From: Candidatus Oxydemutatoraceae bacterium
GTDB lineage: Bacteria > Pseudomonadota > Gammaproteobacteria > Poriferisulfidales > Oxydemutatoraceae
Assembly: GCA_965219575.1 (NCBI GenBank)
Contig: OZ244779.1
Coordinates: forward strand, 1,580,769 to 1,644,768
Direction: 5' to 3'
Length of the DNA stretch: 64,000 nt
The translations under genes were made by a program, and so were the position numbers. Below the pieces are notes generated by a model, which searched no databases, was not told where the DNA came from, and saw only the letters and a program-made list of their open reading frames with translations. Positions 19,501 to 34,500 of this stretch are shown one piece after another; position 1 is the stretch's first letter; each line of letters begins with the position of its first letter.

Positions 19501-22500
19501 CCCGTCTCTACCCACCGCTATAGTATCGCCACCGACAATGACACTTGCCAAACTCGCATCCGCACTGCGCTCTCGAGTTATCACCAAGCTATAGGTCGCA
19601 GACGCAATCCCATCCTCCGCAATCACTTTGATCGGTATAGTCGGCTCCGGTGTATCCAATGCGGCTTTCAGCGGGATGAGCTTATCGGGCATAGATTCCG
19701 CCGCATCGCCGTCTATACTAACCGTCGCAGCCGAGTCTGCAGCCTGCGGCGATACTACGATTTGCGTTATGGTCTGGACTTCACGCCCGTCTATCCCGGT
19801 GATACGCGCCGAATAGGTTGCGCTCGTACCCTCGTCGGGTGATGTCAATGTAAGCAGACGCGTACGCGTATTGTCATCCAACGAAAGCGCAATACCCGCT
19901 AAGCCGGCATTGCTACGGTCGGCTCCGGCACGGGTCACGGCTATGGTATAGCGTCGGGTGGTGCTGTCGTCTTGGGAGCTGACCGTAATACGAATGAGTT
20001 TTTCTATTTCCGACACCGTCAAATCAAACATCCTTTCAATCGTGCCGGTTGCGGTCTTCTCTATACCGTCTATGACCACTGCGATGATTGCACGCGGATG
20101 GGCTTCGGCAACCACCCGAGTGTCGGTGGTGCCATTCGGAACCTCAAATTGATAGACTTGTGTTCTACTCGTGGGATCAAAGTCCGGCAACAGGTTTGCA
20201 TTATTTTCATCGAGCAACCACAAATCTCTCAAATCGGCATCCGAACTCCGAGCGCGGTTTATCGTCACGATATAAGTCTTGCTCGTCGCACCGTTCTCCG
20301 CGGTCACGCGGATCAGCAATTCTCTATTGTCGCCGGTCTCGGCGAAGGTGATATTCACCATCCCCTGTTGCCTTGCACTCACCAGCTCGGTATTGTTTTC
20401 GCTAATTGTCACCGTTGCGAATTGATCGCTCGCAACGGCGGTCACGGTCGCATGCATTACGCTCTCGCCTACGGTTGTGGTATACATCGGTGGGTCGCCT
20501 TGTGGCATCAAGCTACCCACCGGCGACACACTCAGCGATGCCAAGTTCGCATTCGATCCCAGTATAATCCTTGCCGTCAACCTATAATCTTCGGTTGTGC
20601 CGTTTTGTGCGGTCACGGTAATAGTAATCTCTCGCCGTGCCACCGCAATGTCGGCAAGACTCGTCGGAACACCGATCGGGATATCGGTTTTCGTTGCCGT
20701 CCGACCACCGACTGCATCCGCGCCATCATTAATACTAATCCTCACCATCGCACCCGGGTGTGCTGCCGTCGCCGATACCGAGAACGAAGTTACATTTCTG
20801 TCAATCTCCGCAGTATATTCGCTATCGCTTACCGAAACTGCGGTTGCCGTAGTCTCGCCGACACCGGGGATGAGGATTATCGGTGCACCACTTAAATCGT
20901 TATCGGAACTGAGCGCACGACCTATGTTGAGCCTATAACGGTTTATCGTTTTTCCATCGGATGCGGTCACTTTAACCTCAATCGTATTTCGACCGGCACC
21001 TAAGCGCAGGCTCGTATCGGGGCATAGCGAGTCGCTCTCGGCACCGGCAACTTTGCTAATCTCAACGGTCGCCTCTTCATCCTCTGCCTTTGCGGTCACC
21101 CGAATACAATCTATTGCGTTGTCAACGGGAGGAAGCGTATATTCCAGTGTGTCCGGCACAAAATCGCTCGGACTCGCGGATGAGGGCTCCTCTCCCGAAG
21201 AAGAAGACAGTGTATAGAGTATACTTCGCAACCGGGCATTGGTACTCGGCAATCGGTCGACAATCAGCGTGTAGGTTTGCGAAGTGACTCCGTCGTGGGC
21301 AATTATTTTCAATTCTATTTCGTTTTCGCCTAGGGCAAAAAGTGGTTCGCTTTCGGGATGATCTCCGGTAACCGAACCCGTCTCCAGTCCGCTCAAACTC
21401 AACGATATACCGTTCCATAGAATGGCGGTGATTTTGGTGTCCTGCGGTGTCACCCTCAAGCTGACGGTTCTTTGATCGTTGGCAACCTCGACGGTATAGT
21501 TCTGTGTCGTCGGGTTAAACACACTTAGCACATTGATATCGTCGTCGTTCAGCACTTGCAAGTCTTGCAATTCGGCATCGGTACTTCTGAGACGAGTAAT
21601 CGTAAGCGTGGTAGCTTGTTGTGTTCCCAATGCCGAAGTGGCGATCACCATCGTATTGTCGTCGTAGTTCAACGGCACCGATACGATTTTCTCTATCCTA
21701 TCGGCAAGCACTCGGGTATCGGTCGTAATCGGTGCAATGTCCGCTCTCAGTTCGGACACGACTTGCAGATCGGTTGCGAATGTCACCCTAACTTGCGATG
21801 TCTCGGTGGGAACGACTGCGGTATAAATGTGCTGCGTAGAAGCGAATGTCGGCACCAAGGTGACCGTAGTCGCCGGTGCATAAGTCAATACCAAGTCCTG
21901 CAAATCCAAGCTGTATTCACGCACAACGACGAGCGTATAAACGGTGTCGGTTTCACGCGGTGCCTTCACCCTGAGTATTATCGTGTTACTACTGATGTTC
22001 AACGGTGGACTATCAACCCGATTACCGTCGACCTCCACATTATCGACGAGAACCGTAGCCCCTGCTTGTCGCTCGAATTCTATAGCCTCGGAACCTCGCT
22101 CGTTGGCGACGATCGCAAAATATCGGGGCACTTCGGGACGGAATTTCGTAGTGAAGTCGGTTCCCACCAATCTTAGACTTCTAAACCGAGTACTGTATTT
22201 ACGCCAAACATTTACGCTATACACAACGACTTCTTGGTCTGCAAATGAGCCACTCGGAGCCGTCACCGTGAACGCAATGCCGTTTTCTCCCAAAGCCAAG
22301 CCACCGACCGTTGCTTGCGCAACCGGCAAGCCGGCTCGAGTCGAGGTCGTAATCTCACCGACCGTATTGCCGTCGGATGCGATAACAATATCCACCAACT
22401 CGTTGACGCTTGCAATCACCGTGATGGTGCTTATCGCATTCGGAATATCCGGTCGTTCACTCAGATCATCGCCCAAATCTCTGCGCTCGGTGCCGTCCTC

Positions 22501-25500
22501 GCCTTGCCATTCAATACGCCAGCCTCGTATCGCAACATCGTAGTCACGAAAGACCGTATAGGTTCTGGTGCTGGTGTCGTCTTCACCCTGCGATACGATA
22601 ATGACCTCGTTGTCGCCGTATTCCAAATCTAGGGTTGTTGCAACTTTACCGGTAAGCGGCACACCGTTCACCGAGATTGCGCCGCCGATTGCCGTCACAT
22701 CAAGACGCTCGACTTCGGTCGGCACGCGATAGTCTCGCGCTTCGAAGTCGAAGTCCGGCGATAAATCGTCGGCAGCCAATTCCACGAAGATAAAGCCTTC
22801 GGTATCGGCAACCGGTGCCTCTCTCAGCACCAATCCGATAGATGCCCGTTGCGGTGGAGATGCAACCGTCCGGCTATAGCCCTGTCCGTCTATGTAGCTC
22901 ACCACCACTCTGTAATGATCGGCAACCTCGCCGACGACGGTATAGTTCATACCATTCGCAGTATCGATATCCGTCCAGCTGTCTCCCGATCGTCGCTGCC
23001 ACCGGTAAGCGACAGCGCGAGGATCGCCGGCACCGTCGGGGTCTTCCGCCAGCTTGTCTTTGTCCAGCGTCGGTGCGGTATAAGTGAGACCTACCCGTGT
23101 CGGTGTCGTGATGCCGTCTATGATGCCGTTATCGTACTTTGCCACACTAAACGACCTTTCTTGAGTCACGGTTTCCCCGACGGTATCTTCAACTACCAAC
23201 GCTACATTGACCGTCTCGGCGGTTTGGTCGGCAGCGATGAAATCGTCGCGCAGATAGAACGACAGCGTAGCACGACCCGAACCACCCGAAACGCGACCGG
23301 AAAGCATCGTGCGATCTAAAAGCCGCACTTGCTTTTCATCCGCCGTCCATCGATAGCGCAGATCACCGCCGTCGGCATCCGAAAGCTCGCTACTCAGCGT
23401 AATGAAATGCCCCTCTCTGATCGGCACCGAAGTGATCAACGGCTCGCGGCGCTCATCTGCCGCACGCACCGCAATCGCACTTGCTTCGGGGAATGTATTG
23501 AAGGCAATGCGATATTCCACATCCAAATTCTCCTTGCCGCCGATCTCGTAAGGTTCGGATACCACGATGCGCACCCGCGTTGCGGTAGTGAAATCGCCGC
23601 CCACAGAATAATTCGCCGAACCAATCGACGGCGGTGCATCGTTTATCTTGATAACGCCGGCGGGATTGTATGCGTAGGCGACGATACGAATTTCGGCACT
23701 GCGATCCCACACCGATACGGTAATTTCGTCAACCGCCGCCCTATCAAAATCATCTTTGAATGTTGCCACCCTCGGCATCGACGATAATTCCGGCTGCGCT
23801 AGCGCACTGATTTGACCGATTTGTAAATCCTGCAAGCCCAAGCGTTGGCGCGGTAGCACGGCACCGCAATTCACCGACGGTGCGCTGCCGGCACAGGTGC
23901 CGTCGTTGTATTTGAGGACCGGGTATTGCTCGGTGGTGCCGAAATCCCAACGCTCAGTGTTCCAGTTGCGGTACGGGTGGGTATTCGTACTGGATCTTGA
24001 TGATTTCAGTATTTGAGAATTAAAGCCACGTACACCGCTATTGCTGCCGAGCAAACCTGCGGATTGACCACTGCGTTCAATATCCCAATAATTTCCCATG
24101 AGATTAAAACCTATATTCAACCTTATAAATCCTTTATCGTTCGGGTTGCCCGAAACGCGGGTGATTGAATAGTTATTGATAATTTGACCGAGGGCGGCAT
24201 AAACACCGATGAAGCCACTTTTGTCCGCCGGACCGGCAATCGAACCGGCTGCATAATTGTCCCTAACGATTGTCGAACGACCAACTTCGAAATGAGCTAA
24301 AAAGCCACCGACTCGATTGAAATCACTTTCGTTACCTCTTGCTATTACCGTAGCGAATGTGTAATTGTTAGCGATAACCTTGCTATCCGGTCTATTAATA
24401 ACATCATCGATAAGCTCTCCGATCAAACCACCGACACGGTCGTCGGCCGATACGCGCCCGGTTGCATGGCTATTGTCGATAGCCGTATTATTAACATCGC
24501 CTATCAAGCCACCGACAACCCTGTTTCCGTTGACATCACCGATGGCATAACTGTTGCTAATCGTTGCATTTCTGGCAAGACCCACCAAACCGCCGCTAAA
24601 GATTGATGCGCTATTGACATCACCTGCCGCATAACTGTTGCTAATCTCGCCCCCTAAATTGCCGACTAGGCCACCGGCTCTACTCCCCATACCTTGCACA
24701 TCGCCCGTTGCATAACTGTCGCGGATATTGCTAAACGACCGACCGACCAAGCCACCGGTATTGCCTTGCCTTGAATCATTGGTCACATCGCCCGTTGCAT
24801 AACTATTCGTAATCGTCGTGTTACTGAGGCCGAAGCCGACCAAGCCACCGACACCCGTACCTTCGGTAACGGTTATGCTACCACCACCCCTTCTAACGAC
24901 GGTGGCCGACGAAGCACTGTTTTCAATACGACCACCGCTTTCCAGCACACCGACCAACCCCCCGTTCGCTATGACATCTCTTTGCCCGCTCATAGTGATA
25001 TTCAGACTTATTGCCCCTGCCGTACGACTATTGCCGATGGTTGCATTGGAAAAACTGACTAAACCGCCGAGAACATTGGTTCCCGTCAGTGTGCAGTTTG
25101 CCGAACTATCGCTGATTTCGGTAGCGGCTCGGTTTGCTCTACCGATCAAACAACCGCCGTCGTAATAAGTGCTAACCGTGCCACTCAATACATGGCTATC
25201 GGTGATGCTACGACCGCTGAACGAACCGACCAACGCACCGACATTGTTGGATCCCGCTATGTCGACATCGGCCAAGCGCACGCCTCTAATCTCGGCATCG
25301 CCGCTTGCTGCCGCAAATAAGCCTAAATTGACTTGATCGGCTTGCGAAGTACCGGCGAAACTCACCGCTTGATTTATGCGTAGGTTGGATATCGTATAGC
25401 CGTTGCCTTCAAAAATAGCCGTGAAGCAGTCGCTGGTTGCATGGCTACAATCACCGATCTGATTTTGTTTGTTAACCACCGTCCCGATCGGATCCCAGTT

Positions 25501-28500
25501 GTCATAGCTATCCGGACCATTGAAACTTCGATAACTGGACGCGTCGTCAAAATCCAAATCTCTGACCAACTCGTAGCCGCTGCAGACATCGCCCGGACAG
25601 CCGCCGACCAATAACAAATTAATACCGGGATATTGAAGCCCGGTGCCATCGGGCTGATTGCGAATTGCGTCTAATTGCTCTATGAAAAAGATATCTATCA
25701 AGCCGTCTCGGTCATGATCTACGATACGGTCGTCGGATGCCAGTCTGCCATTAATGAACGAAACGATGGTATTGGAATACCCTTGGTTATCGGTATAAGT
25801 CGTTGTCAACCGATACGATGCAAATATATCTTCAACTCGATAATAGGCGCGATCGATGTTCGTCGGAGAACCGTTCACTTCCCATTGATAGCTTATATCG
25901 GTGAACGGTCCACCGTCGGCATCGTTGATTTCCGAGGCAAAAATATAATTTGCGTTAGCAACACCAAGGGGACCATCCACCCAACGCAACGCTGCCATGT
26001 CACCGTCGCGGTTGGTCTTGACCACATCGATGATGATATCCCGAGACGCAAATGCATCGGGATTATTCCTTTTGACGACTTCCAGCTTGATAACCGCTTG
26101 CCCACGGTCGGCTTCGGCAGCGAGTAGATCGTCGCGCACCGCCACCCTCGGCGTCCGCTTGATACTCTGCGATACCGGCAATAGTTCGGGGCCTCTCGTT
26201 TGCCTCCATCTATAATCCAATGCCGCATTGTCTACCGAGCGGCTTCGCGTCGCATCCAATATCAGGGTATCGCCTTCGTTCACGGTGATGATACTCTGCG
26301 CAGTCAACGCCACCGAAGCAGCGTCATTTCGTGCGTATGTGATTACCGGTTGCGGCGGTTTGCCGGAAACCGGCGGTGCCGAGCGCGGAGATACCGCCGT
26401 AGCTCTCGGCTGACCGCGTAGTAGTGCGCCACACATCGGCAACGAGGTGCTGTCGTCGAAGTCGCAAGCCGGATCGTCTCTATCGGCACCTTCGGTGTAT
26501 CTCAGTAGCGGGTATTGCATATCGGTGCCGAAATCCCAGTGGTCGGTATTCCAACCTCGGTATGTAATGCAACTGCGCGTCCTATTCCGGCTTGCTTCGC
26601 TGCGCCCGTCTTCGCCGCTCAAACAGGTTTGGGGTGTATTCGGCACCGACGGATTGGTTAGTGTATTATTCGATCTCCTGTTATTGACATCGGGCATCGA
26701 CACGGCGTGCGTGACATAGGTAGTTCCGGAAACGGTGACCGCACACCGATACGGCTCTCTGCGCCAATAGCTATTCGTAGGTGCCCTACTCGGCATGCTA
26801 CGGTTTAACAAGCCGGCAACGGTAACATTCACCGGGCTGCCGTTATAATTTGCCGTTATATTACCGGGACAAGATGCAAAGCTTTGCGTTTGTGATGCAC
26901 CGAGATCGCTAACCGAAGCGTTTGCCCCGAAGAGCGTCGGCACATAGGCCCTACCGCCGGCATAACTATTGGCAACGATGGATCTGCCGCCGATGTGCCT
27001 ACCGACTAAACCGCCGAGATACGGCGTGGCACATGAAACCGTTGCCGGTATTGCCACATTACTATCAGAATGCACATAACTATTTCTGATTTCGCCGATG
27101 CCGTCGGCTCTATCGGCAGCGGATAACTGAGACCCGACCAAACCACCGACGATACAAGTCCCCGATACTTCACCGGCCGAATAATAGCTGTTGTGAATTT
27201 TCCCGCCACTGCGATTCCTACCAACCAAGCCGCCTACGGTCACATTGCCGTTATTCGATATATTCCCGTCGGAATCCTGCACACCGACATTAATTCGTGC
27301 ACGACTGTTGACTATATAACCGGCGTTGACACCGACCAAGCCACCTGCCGAACCGCGATCGGTACGGATGACACGCGCCGATGTTTGTCCGGGCACAGTA
27401 CCGTACACATCACTATTGCGGATCACGCCGTCGCGCCGCAGTAGCCCGGTGATACCACCGACATTTTTAATCCCTGCCAAACCTTTGATGGCGGGAGAGT
27501 CCAGGACTAAGTTTTCAACCTTGCCGTTTGCACCGATCTCGGCAAACAAGCCGACATTCGCTTTGCTGCCGGCACTGCTACGGCTGATAGCCAGGCGGGC
27601 AATAGAATAACCGTTGCCGTTGAATATTGCATTGAACACGCCGCCTATCGGTTGCCAACCGTCGGCGGTGGTAGTGAATTCACCCTCGTCCACCGTCCAC
27701 GCATCATTCACCACACCCGAGCGATAGTCGCCGGCAGTGGTGAAGTTGAGATTCCCGGTCAACTCGTAGCCGATACAACCGGTGATCGGGCAACCGTGAG
27801 TAATCAATTCACCATCGGCACTTGCCCTATAGCCGCTACCGTCGAGCTGATAACGCACCGCATCCAGATCTTCTAAATGCCTAATCTCTATCAAACCGTC
27901 GCCGTCGTCATCTATATCGTCGGCGTTGGCAATCGAATCACCATCAATATCGGCATTATCCATAGCGACCGACGACCCGACGGTGACGCTATTGGATACG
28001 ATCGGCTCGCTCGTATAGCCCTGACCATCCGAATACAAACCGATAAAACGATATTGATACCCGCCATCGACCGTATCGCCCGCCGATAAATCGACATTCC
28101 TCCATGCATCGCCCGGAAAACGCCGCTGGAACTGCCTACTTAGATTGCGCACGGTACCGTCGATATCGTTAAGATTCTCGGTGACCGTAATTCTTCGGTT
28201 GGTGCCTATCGACAGTACGGGATTTCCGGTCACCGGGCCGTTATTCACTTTGTTGATACGCACCACGATCTCTCTGCTCAAGTAGACTTGCCGGATGCCG
28301 TTATCGGGGGTAATCGATACCGACAATTCAAACTCAAAATCGCCGTCATCGACATTCTCGGATAACAGGTCGGCTTGCGGTGCCAACTCTAGATTCAAGC
28401 TATCTGCATCGGCAATGTTCACCGCCGTGCCGCTAATCTGAGACCAGCTTAGATCCGAACTGCCGGCGTAGTCTCCGCCGATCGTGAACATGTCGCCCTC

Positions 28501-31500
28501 GTCGATGCCGATTGCGGGAACATCGTCCAGTCTTAGATTATCGCGGACTATATCAAAATAATATCTCGTCACCCGATTGCCGGCGCTCGCTACCAGCGTG
28601 ATTTCTTGTATATTAGAATTATCCAAAATGAGCGTGGCGTCGCTGCCGACAAGCGGACATAACACATCGCCACAATAAAGCGTGGTCTCCAAACCGGCAA
28701 CGGTCGATGTGGTGATGAATGTGATCGGCAACGGTAATCGGGTCGCGTCTACATAGAGCCGGTATCTGTTGCTATTTCCACTATATCTAAAATCGCCGGT
28801 GATACCGTTTATTCGGGCTATTGCGGCATTCGCCACCTCTACAATACCCACCAACGAACTATCCAATACCTGCATCGCAATGCGACCGTCAGCAGCTTTC
28901 AGTGTCGGGTATTGTTCGTCGGTGCCGAAATCCCAATCGTCGCTACTCCAATTCGCATAAATACCCATCGTTGGTGTCGTCCCCTGTAGCACTGCGGTGG
29001 TTTGACCACCGAATGGAGTGGTTTCACCGCCGGTTGTAGAAGCCGATTGTTGATCGTTGAGGATATTATCCCAATAGCTGTTGATAACGGAGACGGTGCC
29101 GGTGGTACCCCCGATCAGACCCAAAACACCCCCCGACTGGCGCGCTGCCGCATAGCTGTCGACGATATCGGCTTGCTCCATAAAGCCGACCAAACCACCG
29201 AACCCTTGAACGAACCCTGCAATCTCGAATTCTTGATCGATACACTCTAGATCGAGTATCTTGTTCATATCCACCCTTGCATAGCTGTTCTCGATGGTGC
29301 CGATATTCTCTGCGCTATCGCGATTTGCCGAGATATGCTCGCCGACCAAGCCACCGAGACGACAATGCCCGCTTATCGCACCGGTCGTATAGCTGTTTTT
29401 AATCTTCGCACCACGCTCGTTCCTGCCGACCAAGCCGCCTACGATGTCCCCTAAAGCATCACCGTCAGGAGAAAACGAATGGACATAGACCTGTGCAAAG
29501 CTGTGGCTAATCTCACCACCGCTATTGACACCGACCAGACCACCGAAACGACTTTGTTTAAGCGCACGCCGACTGTAGTTGGAACCTACCAGTGCGGTGA
29601 CATCGCTTACACCGACATCGTATATGCGACCACGGTTCTCGCCTGCCAAGCTCCCTTGCTTCTCCGCTCTCCTACTACTAAGGTCACGCCCGATAACATC
29701 ATAAATCCCGACATTCCGCAAGCGGAGTGCCTTAACTTCGGCATTCCGACCTAGGGTATGGAATAATCCGATTGCATCTTTGGTTTCCGTGCCGCGCAAA
29801 CTCAAATTGCGAATGTGATATCCGCTACCGTCGAACACGGCATCAAACGAGTTATCGTTATCTCCTATAGGATCCCAGTTATCCGCCCATTCGGTATTGA
29901 CCACACCCGAGCGATAGCTTGCGGCATCGCCGAAGTCCAAATCTCGCGTCAACTCGTAGCCTCTGCAACCGACGGTCGGAGTGGTCGGACACCCTTCGAC
30001 GATAGGCAATAATCCACCGTCGGGTAGCGCATAGGTGTAGGTACTGCCGTCCAGACTATAGCGTATCGCATACAGGTCGTCCACTGTCGTGATTTCTATC
30101 AAACCGTCGCCGTCGGCATCGGCTAACACTCTATCGGCATCAAAGCCGAAATAATCTATCTCTAAAATATATTCAACGGTCGCGCCGGCACTTTCAACCG
30201 ACACGATAATCGCATCGCCGACGCCGGGGTCGGGTACGATCGGGTCGCTGACGGCACCGTCGACAACACCGAATTCATCTCCGCCGTAAGCGATAGTAAT
30301 CATCGCATCGTCGCTCGCAGCATTCGGTATCAGACGCAACGAGCCGGTCACTCCGATATACGCACCGATACGATAACGCAGTCTAGGAGTTGCAAATTGT
30401 GGCATCAACTGCATTATGCTTCCTAGAACTTGTAGGTCGCTCAACCCGTAGCTCCGTACACTACTGCAGGTCGGCTGCCCGCTACCACCGCACGCCGGGT
30501 TGTCGCCATCGTCTCCGCGTCCATAGCGCAGTTGCGGATAGTGTTCGGGAGTACCGAAATCCCATAGGTTTGTATCCCAATTCGTATAGATGCCGCTCGC
30601 AGCGGTCGGTGTTAGCAATGCGGCCGTCGTTTGACTGCTACCGATGCCGTTATCCGCTATGCCGGCGGTCTCTATGTTCCAGTAGCTATCACTCACGCCG
30701 CCTAAACTGTCACCGATCAAGCCACCGGACCGAGGCACATCGCTCACTCGTCCGATAGCATAACTATTGACGATGCTACTTGTTCTTCGGTCGCCGACAT
30801 TGCCGTTGACCCCGACCAAACCGCCGACCCGACCTTGTGCAAAAACACCACCGCTCGCATAGGTATCCGACACCATACCGGTATTCAAACCTGCCAAACC
30901 GCCGACGCGGTTGTTGCCCGATACCTCACCCAACGCATAGCTCGTCAAAACCGCCGCGCCGACCTCGTTGCGACCGACCAAACCACCGACCGCACCGCTG
31001 CCCGATACCGCACCGCTCGCATAGCTGTTGACGATACGCCCGTCGCTGTCGGAACCGATACCATTATTAGTCCCGACCAAACCACCGACATTGTTCTCAC
31101 CCGATACGCTACCGATTGCATAACCGTTATAAACTCTGCCGGTGTTATAACCGACCAAACCGCCGACATGATAACTTTCGCTATCGTCGCTACCCGATCC
31201 TACAACCATAACTTCGGCAAAACTACGGTCAACCAAACCGTCGTTCTCACCGACCAAACCACCGACAAAAGCTCTGCCCGTGACTTCACCTACCGCACCG
31301 CTCGCGACGATAGAACCCCTCAAGTTGCGACCGACCATACCACCGACCGCGCTTTCTCCGCCGACCTCACCGTTCACCGACACATTGTCGACGCGACCGT
31401 TGCTATTGGCGGCCAATCCACCGACACCGTCCCGGCCGGTGACCGACACACCCGATAAAACGAGGTTGCGGATCTCGGCATCGGGATGCAGATGCGCAAA

Positions 31501-34500
31501 CAACCCGACATTATCCGTGTTCGGTGCGGCGATGCGCAAGCCCGAAATCGTATAGCCCGATGACCGATTGCCTTCGAATATGCCGGCAAAACATCCGTTC
31601 TCGGGATTATCGCAATCGAGCGTTCCGATGGGCTCCCAATCGGTAGCGGAAAGTTCTATGCTCGCTGCCAATTCGTAGCCGATACAGCCGGTTGTAGGCG
31701 CACATCCGATGGTGATTCTCCGATCGGCAGCCGATGCCCTATAGCCGCTACCGTCCGGTTGATAGCGCACCGCATTCAATTCGGTGCGGTTGTGTATTTC
31801 TATCAAACCGTCGTCGTCCACATCCACATCGCCTATGCGCAAATACGGATGGCGCGACGCAGCAAAGGTGTAGACGATATCGCTGCTTCCGAGATTGATC
31901 TCGATACTACCCGAATCGGGAACCGGAATACGCGACGATGCGCTACCGCTTCGGACGACTTCGGCAACACTGCCGTCTACCGATAATTGATATGCCGCCC
32001 CTACATAAGTCGGCATGAGTTGGAATCCGCTCTCGCCGGCTTTCAATATCAAGCGATAGTTGTATATGAGTGGATTAAACGACGGAATAAGCTCTAAAAC
32101 TTCGCTCGAGAATACCAAATCGGTCAAGCCGATATACTGACCGGGTAGCAACTTGCCACACACCGGCAACCGCGACGAGGTATCCGACGCGACACGGCAG
32201 GTCGGCGCACTACCGATGAAAAGTGTATCGGTGGCAGTCGTGTATTTGAGCCTCGGGTATTGCATATTATTGCCCAAATCCCATATCGCAACATTCCAGT
32301 TGGTGTAAATCTCGGTTGTCGTAGATTGAAGTTCAACGGTGGTTTGGCTGCTACCGTCGCGCCCATCGACAACACCGCTGGTATTTATATCCCAGTAGCT
32401 GTCGTTGACCGCAACCGGCACATTGGCGGCATTGAAGACCAAACCGCCGCTTCGAGCCGAGCGATTCGCACCGATGGCATAACTGTTGTCAATCCGCACG
32501 CCGGTGCCTAGCGAACCGACCAACCCCCCGCCTTCGCTCGCATCGATCATAGCGGTTGCATAACTGTTTGAGATCGTCGCATTCTCAACCGCACCGACCA
32601 AGCCGCCGCCGGACGCGGAACGCGCAGATACCGTACCGGACGCACGACTCTTGCCGATCGCGCCGCGCAACAATCTACCGATCAAGCCACCGCCGATGGC
32701 ATCGACTTCAACCGAAACACTGCTATCGCTGTTGACGATAGTGCCGCGGTAAACGCCGATTAAACCGCCACCGTTGTTGTCGGCACGCACCGTGCCGGTC
32801 GCACGGCTATTGATGATCTCACTGTTGTTTCGGTCTTCGCCGACCAAGATGCCGACATCGTTGTTGCCGATAACCTCGGCAGCCGACACATTAATTCCTC
32901 TGATCATAGCAGCGGATATCGCACCGAACAAACCGACATCGTCGCTATTACGGCGACGGATCATCAAACCCGATATCGTATGGCCGTCGGCAATAAACTG
33001 AGCGGTGAACGGGTGCTCGGCATCGCCGATCGGCTGCCAACCCTTGCCGTCGGTCCACAGTGGCATCGTACGCTGCGCATCCACATAGCTGTCGACCGAG
33101 TTGAAGTCCAGATCTCTGACCAGTTCGTAGCCGAAGCAACCGCTGTCGGGGCAACCGCCGTCTATCATAATCGTGGTGGTCGTCCCTAATCGATAACTGA
33201 AACCACGACCGTCTAAACCGTGTCGTATCGTGTCCAACTGCTCCAAAAACGCAATTTCTATCAACCCGTCGCCGTCGGCATCGAGGGTCAAGTCGCGGTC
33301 GGCATCGACAACGATGTTGTTGTCGGCATCCACGGTGAGGATACCTCGATAGCTTGCGAAAGGCAGACGTTCTACGACGATGCGATATTCAAATCGGTAG
33401 CGTTGCCCGCCGCGCACCGTCACCGTGATTTCGGTGGCAGTGTCGCCCAGCACCACCTCCGCAATACCGCTGTCTTGCAGTGTTATCGGCTGCACACCGT
33501 TATCGGCAGCGATTACAATATCCACGACGGCACCCGGCAACGGATCGCTCACCATCGTATTCAAGCGCACTCGCTCGGTGTCGGAATACACGATCAACCG
33601 ATAGTCGCTTCTATCTCTTATAAAGTTCGGCGACAACCGCGAACCGTCCAATGCCGAAAGCTGTATGTCTATGTTGTCTTGATAATCGGTCGACCTGAAA
33701 TTGATCGTGTAGCTACGGGTCGTGGCATCGGTTGCCGAGCGCACCGCCAAGCGCAGCGCATCGATATCGGTTCTGTTTAGGTCGATCTCGGCACTGCGGG
33801 TGTTGTCGGCAATAATTTGTTCGCTGTCTCCGGCTATCAGGGTGACGGTGTCGGCGCGATAATAGGCGGTCGGTGTGGTGTGGAATACGGTGATTGCCCC
33901 GTTAGTTATCAAGTTGTACGACTCCACTTCGGGGCTGAACTCCGGCACCAACCGTACACCGGCGGGTAATTCCAGTGCAATCAAGCCACGGCGGTTTTGA
34001 TACGGCACCAATGCGCCACAATACGGTTGGTCCGAGCGATCCCTAAGCAGACGGTCGCGACAGACAAGCGCACGGTCGGTTTCCGACAACCTTGCCGAAA
34101 CCAGCGTATCGCAACTTCGTAGCTGTGCCACAGTCGGCTGTGTGCACAAACCGGCACTCCCGTCTTGATACAGTGCCGCAGGGTATTGGTCGGCATTGCC
34201 GAAATGCCACAGTGCCGAATCCCAACGATAGTAGACGGTATCGGTGCTATTATTCTGTGCCACACCGGATTGCAATTCTACCGTCGTTTCGCTCGTACCA
34301 CCGGCAGCGGTCGCTCCGGGTGCGGCGGTATCCCGATCCCAATAACTGTCTAAAACTTGAGAGTCACCCAGTGCATTGCGAAATAAAGGTCCGCCGGTTG
34401 CATAGCTATTAGTGACGATACCCTCGTTTGTATCGATTAGACCGGCAATAACTCCGGTGTTGTCGGAAATGATAGGCTGCGCATAACTATTTTCTATATT

